From NCBI RefSeq assembly GCF_004010195.1, contig NC_057749.1:5510584-5543626 (forward strand): a stretch of 33,043 nt of DNA, in the 5' to 3' direction. The notes under the pieces are model-generated. The model made no database searches. It was not told where the DNA came from and worked only from the letters and a program-made list of their open reading frames with translations. Each line of letters opens with the position of its first letter. Position 1 is the first letter of the stretch. This DNA comes from Chiloscyllium plagiosum. Taxonomy: Eukaryota. The translations under genes and the position numbers were made by a program. Below, piece by piece: positions 10,758 through 21,392 of the stretch.

Positions 10758-11778
10758 ACTGCCACCTTTTTTTTTATATATAGAAGGGAGCCCCAAATAT
10801 TTAAAACACTCAAAAGAGAAAAAATAAACTAGCCTCATCTCTGCCTCAAATGGGCTACCACTTATTAATTAACAGCGTTCTCTAGTTCTGGATTTTCCCA
10901 CAAGAGGAAACGTCACCTCCATGTTCATTCTGTCAAGACTTTTCAAGATCTTATATGTTTTATTCAAGTCACCTCATACTCTGCTGGCCTCCAGCAGATA
11001 AAAGCTAAACTGGCTCGGCTGTCTTATGATCATCTCTGGCCATTGAAACCCAAAAAGGGACCCAAACCCCGGGCTTCTAGGCCAGAGTTGGGGAAGTTAC
11101 CCACCGTGCCACAAATATCTCTGTGGGGTAATACCTTTTGCCAATCACAATCTCCTCCTGATGGCACATTAAGCATTTTTAATGAATGGGCTATCTATCC
11201 CAGCAAGCCACCAGTCACCTTTTAAGGTACAAAGTCTCTGCAGCCACATGTGACAGGCCAACACAAAGAGTAGGCCAAGGACCAGATACCGTCAGCACTG
11301 TGGAAGCAGGCTCTGTGCAATCCTAGAATCAGACTGTAGTAGGCAGGACCAAAAACAGGAAGACAGATTATCTGAATGGCAATAGCTTGGGAAGAGGGAA
11401 GATGCAACAAGACTTGGGTATCTTTGCCCACCGGTCACTGAAAGGAAGCAAACTGTATGTTGACCTTCATAGTGAGAGGACAGGAGCAGGGGTGTCTTAT
11501 TGAAATTGGACAGGGCCTTAGTGACACCACACCTGAAATGTCGTGTGTAATTTTGGTCTCCTTACCTGAGAAAGGATGCTCTGCCTATAAACGGTGTGCA
11601 ATAGTGGCTTACCAGACTTATGGGATATATGAAGAGAGATTAGATCAGTTAGGACTAGATTCACTGAAGTTTATAAGAATAAAGGGAGGTCTCAGAGAAA
11701 CCTATACAGTACAAGATGGGTAACACAGGAAAGATGTTCCTGATAACCAGGGAGTCCAGAACCGTGGTCACAGTCTAA

Positions 11779-12058
11779 AGAGGAAAGAAGGAGGTAGTGA
11801 GGACTGCTGATGCTGGAGATTCAGAGTAGTTAGAGTGTGGAGTTGGTCAGGCAGCATCTGAGGAGCAGAGGAGCTGATGCTTTGGGCAGGACCATTCATC
11901 AGGACTGGCTTCAGACCCAGTCAGAGCTTCATCAGAGCCATCTACACTTGAAATGTCAGCTTGTTCTCTCTCCATGAATGCTGCCTGACCCACTATGATC
12001 TCCAGCATTTGTTGCTTTCAGTACAGATTCCAGAATTTGCAGTAACTGGCTCCTGCTC
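11779..12058. mobile_element. Chimeric PLE fold-back insert with two hammerhead-core remnants
   Basis: TSD TCACAGTCTAA at 11768-11778 and 12059-12069; TCATCAG (antisense core) at 11896-11902 and 11929-11935. Confidence 0.75.
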
Positions 12059-12092
12059 TCACAGTCTAAGGATACACGGGTCAGCCATTTAG

Positions 12093-12184
12093 AGCATAGA
12101 ACATAGAAATTACAGCGCAGTACAGGCTCTTCGGCCCTCAATGTTGTGCCGACCCGTGGATCCAATCTGAAGCCCATCTATCCC
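12093..12184 (-). mobile_element. Short antisense CR1-type 3' tail inserted in the CR1 host
   Basis: catagaacatagaaattacagcgcagtacaggctcttcggccc; interrupts host gccattt|aggactgag. Confidence 0.75.
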
Positions 12185-12499
12185 AGGACTGAGATGAGAA
12201 GAAATTTCATCACCCAGAGAGTAGTGACGCTGTGGAAATTGGTCTCAGGAAGCAGTTGAGGCCATAACATTGAATGTTTTCAAGAAGGAGATAGTTATAG
12301 TTCTTAAGGATAAAGGGATCAAAGGGCATATAGTGAAAGCACAAACAGACTACTGGGTTAGATGAGCAGCAGTGACCATATTCAATAGTGGAGGAGAATC
12401 ATAGGGCCAAACAATCTACTCCTGTTCCTATTTCCTATATTTCTGTGGTTCAGGAATCAAGCCATTTATTACATTGTGTTTGTGCTGTCTCCTCTACAG

Positions 12500-12910
12500 T
12501 GATATCTAATTATTTTCATTCCCTTAATCTTTCTCTACAGCCTGCAGGCTTTTCATATTCATGTATACATTTAATTGCTTGTTGTAAGCTGCTAATATTC
12601 TCATGTACTTAAAATATGTTGCTGGAAAAGCGCAGCAGGTCAGGCAGCATCCAAGGAGCAGGAGAATCGATGTTTTGGGCATGAGCCCTTCTTCAGGAAT
12701 ATTCTCATGTCGCCTTCCAGGTCATAGCAAGATGCTGCATTAAAAAAAACCTGTCCAGTTTCTGCTCTGGTTCTTTTGCCAATTACCTTGCATCTGTATC
12801 TGCACTTACTAAACTATCCTGATTGTTTAAACAATGTGTCTCTTTATCTGTTCCAGAAAGACCACTAGTAATCTTGAATTCCTCCAGTAAATATTCTCTT
12901 AACCTATTGA
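12500..12910 (-). mobile_element. Highly diverged CR1 3' fragment
   Basis: ctggttcttttgccaattaccttgcatctgt...taatcttgaattcctccagtaaatattctcttaacct resembles an antisense CR1 ORF2 end. Confidence 0.5.
12607..12697 (-). mobile_element. 91-nt single-arm PLE hammerhead mini-element
   Basis: Minus strand CCTGAAGAAGGGCTCATGCCCAAAACATCGATT; TSD AATATTCTCATGT at 12594-12606 and 12698-12710. Confidence 0.85.
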
Positions 12911-14419
12911 AAGGTGCTTGATCCTGAAAGAATTAACGTTGATATTGCATTAGACTCCACCCAGTCCGATAATGTCACACACTGCTGGGTAAGACCTCTA
13001 TGGAGACAGAGACATCACCTCTGGCTCCTGATAGTAATTATGCTTAGCTGGTTGAAGTAACTTGGAGCTATTGACATTATGCAATAAACTACATTTTGTT
13101 ATTAAGGCACTTTCCTCTTCTTGTTAAGACTCAAGAGCAGCATATCCTCTGTCACTACTAATTAGATAGACCCTTAGACTGAGCACAAAAAGAGAGGGTT
13201 AGTGGCAACACTCGATCCTGAACTCAAGCAACCAATCGTTGGGAAAACATATAAACATGGCGATCAGCGATTGCATAAATTCCATGGCTAGCAATGATGG
13301 GAAAAATAATCTGTTCAACCATGGCAAAACATTTTCAGAGTTAAGGTGAGTTTACCAATTGTAGAACATTACCATTTTAAGTTGGTACAATCAGTGATCA
13401 ACTGAAAATGCATAAAAGAGCAAAAGGTCAGGCAAGTGAACATGTGAGATGCAGTATGGCAAAAGGCAACACACCCATCGGGTAATGAGGCAATGTTTAT
13501 AATAATGGCACAAAGGTATAGATCAGGAAGGGTAGATGGGGAAAAGCATTTTCTCTTTGAAACAAGCATCGCAGAAGCAGGCCACATGAGATTTGACAAC
13601 AGATGATAAAGCAGTAACCTAATGATGATGCACTTCTCAAGCTTCCACCCTAAGCATACTAAAACAGCCATCCCCTACAGATAAGCCCTATGCATACACA
13701 GGATCTGCTCAGATGAGGGGGAACGCAATGGACACCTGAAGATGTTTAAGGATGCACTCATAAGAACAGAATACAATGCTCAGCTCATCGATCGCCAATT
13801 CCATTGTGCTACAACGAAAAACTGTAATATCCTCCTCAGGAGACAGACATGAGATATGACCGATAGGATACCCTTCACATTCCAGTACTTCCCTGGAAAT
13901 TACTACGCCATGCTCTTCACAGCCTTCAACACATCATCGAAGATGATGAATACCTCGCCCTGATCTTCCCTACCCCTCCACTTCTCATCTTCAAATAACC
14001 GCCAAACCTGAAACAGAGCATTGTTTGCAGCAAACTACCCAGCCTTCAGGACAACATTGACCACAACACCACACAACTTTGCCACAGCAACCTATGCAAG
14101 ACCTGGCAGATCATCGACCTGGATACTACCATCACACGTGGGAACATCACCCACCACATACACCCCCACTATGACAATGACTAAATGGACACTGCACAAT
14201 GAACAACACACAGGAGGCATTCCCTCCCAGTGGGGGAACATTTCGGCGATCCAAGACATTCAGCCTCTGATCTTCGGATAAGCATCTTCCAAGGCGGACT
14301 TCAAGGTATGCAACAATGCGAAATCGCTGAGCACAGGCTGACAGCTAAGTTCCATACCCAAGATCAACCATGATCTTGGGTTCATGTCACACTACAGGTA
14401 ATCCCACCACACTATATAT

Positions 14420-14668
14420 TCCCACACACAGTTTCTCTCACACACACTCGCACACTTACACAGACCCACTCCCATACACATACATGCACTTGCACTGTCT
14501 CAAATACATATACGTGCAAACACTCTCTCACTCTCTGAAATGCACACACACAACTCTTTCTCACACATGCATGCATATACACTCCCTCTCTCACACATTC
14601 ACACATTCTCTCTCTCGCGCACACGCACACACACACACACACTCTCTCTCTCACACACACACGCTCTC
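14420..14668. repeat. Degenerate (CA)n/(CT)n microsatellite within the PLE
   Basis: cacacaca and ctctctct runs. Confidence 0.9.
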
Positions 14669-14970
14669 TGGGGCGAATTATTTCATTCAAGATTCTTTTC
14701 TGTCAAAAAATAAAACTAGACCTCAGCTTAAAACATAGATTTGATGCAGGACCTCACACCTAAAATGCATTGTCTAACCTGAGATGTCATCTCTTGTGCA
14801 TTGATAAAAACTTTAATTATCTAAGGACAATGTCTTCAAAGCAATCTGGATTTTGCGTTTGAATCAGCAGTCTACCTCCTAACTGATTAAAAGATTCAAC
14901 AAGGGCAGAAGGTTTAAAGTTGCTACCTTTTTGCTTATAAACACTATGTCTAATACCTCTCGATCATACC

Positions 14971-15006
14971 ACACCTGAGGAAGGAGCTGAGCTCTGAAAG
15001 CTTGCA
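14971..15006 (+). ncRNA. Minimal type-I hammerhead ribozyme motif
   Basis: CTGAGGA (14975-14981), A, GGAGC-tga-GCTCT stem II, GAAA (14996-14999), GCTT; stem I weak. Confidence 0.65.
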
Positions 15007-15177
15007 ATTTCATATAAACCTGTTGGACGATAACCTGATGTTTGATTTTTGACTTTGTCGAACTCAGTCCAACTTGGGCATCTCCACATCATAGATTTCA
15101 TGTCAGAGATAAACCAAACAAAACATATGATTGGAAACTTTGAGAAAACAATTCACAAGATACAAAGCTCCTTTAAC

Positions 15178-15280
15178 ACATTAGCTTGATCCCTCTCCGT
15201 GGATGTTGTCTGACCTGCTGTGGTCTCTAGCATTTATTGTTTTCAGTACAGATTCTAGCATCTGCAGTAATTTGTTCCTT
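15178..15280 (+). mobile_element. PLE 3' tail fragment (same subfamily as the right arm of 11779-12058)
   Basis: ctctccgtggatgttgtctgacctgctgtggtctctagcatttattgttttcagtacagattctagcatctgcagtaat. Confidence 0.7.
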
Positions 15281-15639
15281 CAAAATTAAACCCTAAATCT
15301 CAAATTGAGCAAATATATCATATTATTCAGTAGGACCTTCAGCAGATGATGTGGTAAATCTCCAAAGTATAAAAGCACAAATACTGTATGAAGTTACAAC
15401 AACTTGCAATGATAACAAATAATACATAAAACAAAGAAAGAAATGTTTATTTATTGAGAAGAAAAGGCCTGGAAAGAGACTGAAATAATAGATAAGTTCA
15501 ATATCAACATATTTCTTACATAACACCATTATTGACCTCTACAGATTAGTGGAAAACTCTTGATGATGAAGCTTTGAAATTAGAATACATAAGAGACAAG
15601 TTTGTTGTTGAAATTATTGCTGAGTCTGTCAGACTTATT

Positions 15640-15812
15640 AAAGCTCAAGGAACGTATGAGTTTGGAGAGAGCTATTCATATTGTGTCAGAAGTTGGAGTC
15701 AGAAATACAGGACGATGTGAGTTTTTAGGTCATCTATGATTATATTGAATGGTGGAACAGGCTCAAGGGACCGAATGGACTACTCCTGTTCCTATTTCTT
15801 ATGGTTTTATGG
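15640..15812 (+). mobile_element. CR1 3' UTR fragment
   Basis: attgaatggtggaacaggctcaagggaccgaatggactactcctgttcctatttcttatgg. Confidence 0.75.
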
Positions 15813-15927
15813 TGTTAAATCCTAAGAGGAGAAGAACACCCTTACTACAGAATAGAACCTATCCATTTCATAAGGTGCACATCTCTATAGGTAAACAAGA
15901 CAAGCCAAAACAAAGAGTAGAACTAAA

Positions 15928-16097
15928 GGTTAAACACAGGCAGGTTCGACAGCATCTGAGGAGCAGGAAAGTCCATGTTTAACTGGAAGCATTGACTGTC
16001 CTGCTCCTTGGGTGCTGTGTGACCTACCTACCTGTGCGTTTCCAGCTTCACATCTATTGACCCTGGCTTCCAGCATCTGCAATCCTTACTGTCTCCA
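15928..16097. mobile_element. PLE fold-back mini-element
   Basis: cagcatctgaggagcaggaaagtc ... gactgtcctgctccttgggtgctg inverted arms; TSD AGAACTAAA at 15919-15927 and 16098-16106. Confidence 0.75.
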
Positions 16098-16159
16098 AGA
16101 ACTAAATGTCACCTCCTGAAAATGCGCGGCCATGCAAGATATAGTTTCAGAGCAGCAAA

Positions 16160-16585
16160 AGATTGTCAGAAAAATCCATCTGGTTCACCAGTGTCATTCA
16201 GGGAAGGAAACTGCCATCCTTACCTGGTCTGAGACAAAAAAAGCTGCAGATGCTAGAATCCAAGGTAGAGAAGCAGGAGGCTGGAAGAACACAGCAAGCC
16301 AGGCAGCATCAGGAGTTGGAGAAGTCAACATTTCGGGTGTAACCCTTCTTCAGGATCAAAGAATGGTTACACCTGAAATGTTGACTTCTCCACCTCCTGA
16401 TGCTGCCTGACTTGTTGTCTTCTTCCAGCCTCCTGCTTGTTGTCCTTACCTGGTCTGGCCTACACGTGACTCCAGGCCCATAGCAATATGGTTGACTCTT
16501 AACTGCCCTCTGGGCAATTAGGGATGGGTAATAAAAGCTGGCCTAGCCAGTGACGTCCTCTTCCTGTGAATGAATAAAGAAAAAC
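16160..16585 (+). mobile_element. SINE-B 3' portion interrupted by a PLE fold-back
   Basis: Colinear with 8060-8245 once 16232-16442 and one TSD copy are removed. Confidence 0.8.
16232..16442. mobile_element. PLE fold-back mini-element with near-intact minus-strand hammerhead (16322-16357)
   Basis: ~74-bp inverted arms 16271-16344 and 16365-16438; CTGAAGA-A-GGGT-tac-ACCC-GAAA-TGTT-GACT; 15-bp TSD TCCTTACCTGGTCTG at 16217-16231 and 16443-16457. Confidence 0.9.
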
Positions 16586-18035
16586 AGACACTTACACATC
16601 CAAAGAGGATATGCAGTAGAAGGTCCTTGTTTCAAAATAAAATCTCTGCATTAGTCAATGAACCTGTATTTGAAAAGGTATCTGAAAATTTCCTGGGAGA
16701 ACTGGTGATCTAATTGATTTGAGATTTATAATATTCATGCATGTCACTTTTAAGTGTTAAGCACCTGTTAATTTTAAGTGTGATATGGGTGCAAGTGACA
16801 TGGTCCTGTCAGATCAAATACAATGGTTGCAGTAACAGAAGCTACCGCCTACAGAGATGAAACAAAATTGTACAAAAATAATTCCTTCATTGAACAAGGA
16901 AAGTGCTATGCAAATGCAAGTCATTCTTATGTTTCTCATCAACATAAAAATATTAGCATAGCTGCAAGCCACATTCTGTGGCAGTAGCTTACAATCTGCC
17001 AAGTCTTACCTAAAACAAAATAGCTCCCTGTACAACGATAACATCTAAAAGCTATCATTTAAAATCCTTTATTTGCTGTACCAACCTTGCTGAACCCACA
17101 CCCCCTGAAACTGTTCATTACAGTCCCTTGTTAGTTCTATTGAAAGACTGACAGCTGGCTTCTATTTGAACAGAAACAAAGTGTGGGAGTTAGTGGGAAC
17201 CTATTTAATAATTTCCCATGTTAAATATTATAATTTCCATACAAATTTAGCCGCATTGAGAGGTATAATTTACTATTTGTTCCCAAATACCCTTACCAAA
17301 AAAAAATCCTCTCCAGTTTAATTACACCAAGTGAGTGTTTAGTTCAGGCTATTAAACATATAATCTACTCACTATGGAATTCCCAATTTCACTTTTTTTA
17401 TTAAATCTATTTTTCTGTTCTACAAGAAATAATTGTCTGTAATTTTTCAGCGAAATCAACCTCACTATTTGGTCATTATGTATAATTACATCCCTCAGAG
17501 AGGCCAAGAAAAAAAAGACTTCAGCACTATATCTCCCAGATTCTGATTATCACCTTTTTAAATGTCACTTACAAAATCAACCTCACTTTCGAAAACACAT
17601 AGGCAATTGAGTTCCTACTGCATTCTTGCATCAAACTATCAGTTTAGTTAAATTAAGTTGTTATTAAAATTTTGCTCATTGCATAAAATATCAACTAGTG
17701 TGCTCATGACAGTAAGAGAAGGTTAATATTGGCAGATTGAATACTTGGTCAGTGTGGATTTAAAGCTATTTAAAGAAGGTGCATTGAATTTACAGGAAAT
17801 CTCCTTTTCTCTCTGCCTAAAAACATGAACTCCCAAAATGTTAGTCATGGTTCAGTTATATCACTGCATTCATTGAGGTACTCAAGAGGGCACTGGATGG
17901 TTTTTTGGATAGCAATGGTGTGCAGAGATATGGATAAAAGGCTGGACATTGGCACTGGATAATAGAATCAGACTCAAAGATTGAGCCAGAATAGATAATG
18001 AAGTTCGACTAAATAACTGCAGGTTCTATTATCAC

Positions 18036-18354
18036 AGGGGAGGCCCTGGCTTCATGGCATTATCACTGGAAACTTGGTTAAAGACTCAAGTTTGAATCCC
18101 ACCATGGCAAATGGTGGAATTTGAATTCAATAATGAATCTGGAATCAAGGATCTAATGATGACCATGAAGCCATTGTCAATCGTCATAAAAACCCATCTG
18201 GTTCACTGATCTCCTTTAGGGAAGAAAATCTGCCATCCTTACCTGCTCTGGCCTACCTGTGACCCACAACAACGTGGTTGACTCTTAACTGTCCTGTAGC
18301 CAATTAGGGATGGGTAGTAAATGATGGACTAGTCAGTGACACCGACATCCCATG
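18036..18354 (+). mobile_element. SINE-B, full length
   Basis: Colinear with 7906-8245 (tttgaatcccaccatggc...aaaacccatctggttcact...caattagggatggg...catcccatga). Confidence 0.8.
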
Positions 18355-19206
18355 ATTGATGGGCCAAATAGCCTCCTCCTGAGTCATAATGATTCTGTGA
18401 AATTGTGGGCTCAAAGCTCACTCCAGAAACTACAGCATATAACTTACGGGAAAAAACTCCAGATGTAAGTATTTACAAGGGGTGGTGCTAGGTTCTGGAT
18501 GAGCTGTTAAAGTGAGGCACAGCTTGTTGTAATGATCACATTTCTTTTTTAAAATCATTAATTTTCAATTGTGAATCAAAATGGAAAAATGATACTACCT
18601 TCAACACATGAAACTGTGGATAAGGATGTTGAAGTTTTAAAACAAGTGACTGAAACTCATTGCCAGTTGTATTTACGCAGTTCTTTGTTCAAGCAGTGCA
18701 GGGGAGTGGTGATTGGTGGGGAGATGGTGAACACTGATTGGCGCAATGGGTGAGTATTCAGAACAGTTTTGCCCAGCAACAGACTGGTGATTGGTTTTCA
18801 GTCAAAACAGTTGTGTAGGTCATGTGTCAACAGCATAGTAACACCTCTCTGATTGGCTCCTGGGCAGGTGTACTGTTTGTGTACTGAAATACAGCAATAG
18901 AAAGCATTCAGGCTATGGAAACATCTCTTTATTTTTGCAGGGAAGTGACAAAGAATTGGAAATATCCTCACTCACCATTTGCTTATTAGCTGCTACGTTT
19001 AACCAGTGACTGAAACACTGAGCAATGAGTGTGCTGACTGCCTTGCGTCTGCAGTAAAGAACTGAATGGACTTGGAAAGAAGTGAAAGAAAATTGGAGAT
19101 CAGAAGGATTCAGAAGAAGCAAATGGAAACCTCATTGAATTCTGTGGACTGGTGCTATTGAACTGTATTTCCCTAATATTTTCTTTTCAACCCATAACCC
19201 ATAAGC

Positions 19207-19549
19207 AGGCAGTACGGTGGCTCTATGGTTAGCACTGCAGCCTCACAGCATGAGGGACCTAAGTTGAATTCTAGCCTCAGGCGACTGTCTGTGTGGAGTT
19301 TGCACATTCTCCCTGTGTCTGCATTGGTTGTCTCCAGGTGCTCCGATTTCCTCCCACAATCCAAAGACGTGCATGTTAGATGAATTGGCCATGCTAAATT
19401 GCCTGTAGTGTTCAGGGATGTGTAGATTTGGTGCATTAGTCAGGGGTAAATGTAGGGTAGGGAGAATGGGTCTGGGTGGGTTAGTCTTCAGAGGGTTGGT
19501 GTGGACTTGTTGGGCCAAAGGGCCGGTTTCCACACTGTAGGGATTCTAC
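19207..19549 (+). mobile_element. HE1-type V-SINE, full length
   Basis: ggcagtacggtggctctatggttagcactgc...ccacactgtagggattcta. Confidence 0.9.
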
Positions 19550-19699
19550 AATTCAAATTAACACATCATGCAAATTGGTTACTGTGTTTCCTACCTTACA
19601 AAATTGACTATATTATAAGAAGTATGTATTTGGCTGCAACACATTTTGGGAAGTCATGGAAATTGCTATGTAAATTTAATTTCTTTCACTTTTTTTCAC

Positions 19700-19862
19700 C
19701 ACTCTGACTTGGAAGTATGTCATTGTTCCTTCAGTGTCATTAGTTCACAATCCTGGATTTCCCTTCCGAATTGCATTGTGGGTCAACCTACAGCTCACCC
19801 CACCTCCTCAAGGCCAAGTAGAGTTGGATAAAAAGTGCCCACATCCCATGAACGAATAAAAA
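19700..19862 (+). mobile_element. LINE 3' end of the family sharing its tail with SINE-B
   Basis: ctgacttggaagtatgtcattgttccttcagtgtc...ctcaaggccaagtagag...gcccacatcccatgaacgaataaa. Confidence 0.65.
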
Positions 19863-20224
19863 TGAATTCTGATTTTGATTTGATTCCAATGGCTGCTATG
19901 GTATCACTGTACTTTATATCACTAATAGATAATGCAATGGAACAATCAGACAAGAATTGTTAGCCCTGTTCCACCTTCCAAAACACTGCCACTTAACTCT
20001 AAATCTAGTGTGTGTCACCATAACGTAAGGATAGGATTGGGATCATCTGTGGTAACATTTATAAGTCAAATGTCCTTCTAAACTCAGACTAGTGAGCCGT
20101 ACAATGACCAGTTGAACAAGATACAATACAGTTGATTTTGAAGCTGTATCGAAATCCATTGTCTCATGTGTAGGTTCAATCCAAATGGATTTGTTTCTTC
20201 ATGGAAACAGGGAGGAACCTTTTT

Positions 20225-20690
20225 TTTGCCCATCCTGGAACTGACAGGCCTGCTAAGCCATTCCAGACAGCAGCTGAGTCAACCACATTTCTGTGGATAT
20301 GGAATCACATGTAGATCAGACCAGATAAGGATAGCATATTTCTTCCTTTCAAAGACACTAGTGAACCACATGAGTTTTAACAACAATCAATGATAGTTTT
20401 CCAATTAAAACAGAAGGTGCTGGAGAAACTCAGCAGGTATGGCAGTATGGACACCGACAGAAGCAGGAGGTAATGTTTCAAGTCTGATATGACTCTTCTT
20501 CAGAACTGAAAAAGCAATGGCATTTATGTTGTTGGGAAAGAGAGCATTGATAGTTTGATCATCATTATTAATGAGACTAGCTTTCCATTCTAGAGATTTT
20601 ATTCATTAAATTGAAATTCCATGCACTCCTGAACTGGAGCTTGAACCTATGACCCAATGATACAAGCCTGGCCCTCTGGATTGCCAATAC
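20225..20690 (-). mobile_element. Diverged SINE-B split by a PLE insert
   Basis: ttgcccatcctg...gagtcaaccacat...agaccagataaggatagca...agtgaacca; resumes after 20556. Confidence 0.65.
20400..20547 (-). mobile_element. Single-arm PLE hammerhead mini-element
   Basis: Minus strand AGTT-CTGAAGA-A-GAGTC-atatca-GACTT-GAAACATT; TSD TGATAGTTT at 20391-20399 and 20548-20556. Confidence 0.8.
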
Positions 20691-21392
20691 ATCATGAGCA
20701 CGTGCTTAGGTCATCCCAATATACTTTATAGGCAATTAAATGCCTTTAGAAGTGTGGTCCGTATTGTAATGCAGGAAACCACTGCTGTATGAAAGCAGCA
20801 CTTGGTCCATTACATTGTTTCCTTACTTTATAAAAGCAATCACCCTATGTTCAGTTAAAGAAGACAGAAGCAAATTAATAGTCCCTCATGTAATGCACAC
20901 TATCCTTTTCCAAAAACCTATTATCTCAATTCAAAGAACAAGCATGGCTTTAATTAAATTAGCAAGGTTCCACTACATTACTAGCATTGAGGACTGAGTG
21001 CATCATTTGATTTTAATAAGTAAACATTCTTCACAGCATGGGAGCTCTGCTTATTATATTAGTCATGCAAAACTAGCCACAAGGGACAATCATTAGAAGT
21101 CAGAGCAAAATCCCTTTAGCTGCCTCCTCCTAGATAAAAGATTCTCTTACCTGTCTTAATTATAATTGTTCAATGAATTTGCATTTCATGTACTTCAAGT
21201 CAAAGTGATTAACAACTCAAATTGTATTAACACCACAATAAACTGTCAATGGAAACACCTCAAGTAGCCCATTCAGTCCCTCAAGCTTGTTCTGCTCTTC
21301 AGTGGGATCATTGTCAATGTGTATCGCCACTCCATTATTGTATTACCATCCATCATTATTATTCTAGGTCTTGTTAAATAAGCAACTGTTTT

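Larger units (their letters stand above)
9585..11035 (-). mobile_element. Old CR1 3' fragment split by two HE1 SINEs and a CR1 tail
   Basis: Host pieces 9585-9630, 9932-10014, 10356-10390 and 10758-11035 read as one continuous antisense CR1 3' region (gtaggccactcagccccttgag...aagat|tatggctgatct...ctagttctggattttcccacaagaggaaac). Confidence 0.7.
11345..12447 (+). mobile_element. CR1 3' fragment with two nested insertions
   Basis: YEERLDQLGLDSLKFIRIKGGLRETY; resumes after the inserts as aggactgagatgagaagaaatttc; CR1 tail ctactcctgttcctatttcctatat. Confidence 0.8.
13614..15092 (+). mobile_element. 5'-truncated, decayed Penelope-like retroelement (RT thumb, GIY-YIG remnant, 3' terminal repeat)
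   Basis: HFSSFHPKHTKTAIPY.*ALCIHRICSDEGERNGHL...LIDRQF; CHSNLCKT; VGEHF.DPRHSASDL; HDLGFMSHY; stops and frameshifts present; hammerhead near the 3' end. Confidence 0.85.

Noticed and set aside
14370..14738. His/Thr-rich and Cys/Val-rich ORFs
   Set aside because: Translations of a CA/CT microsatellite.
16232..16442. MITE or DNA transposon
   Set aside because: TSD lengths vary from 8 to 16 bp among relatives, arms are asymmetric, and the sequence is homologous to PLE ends.
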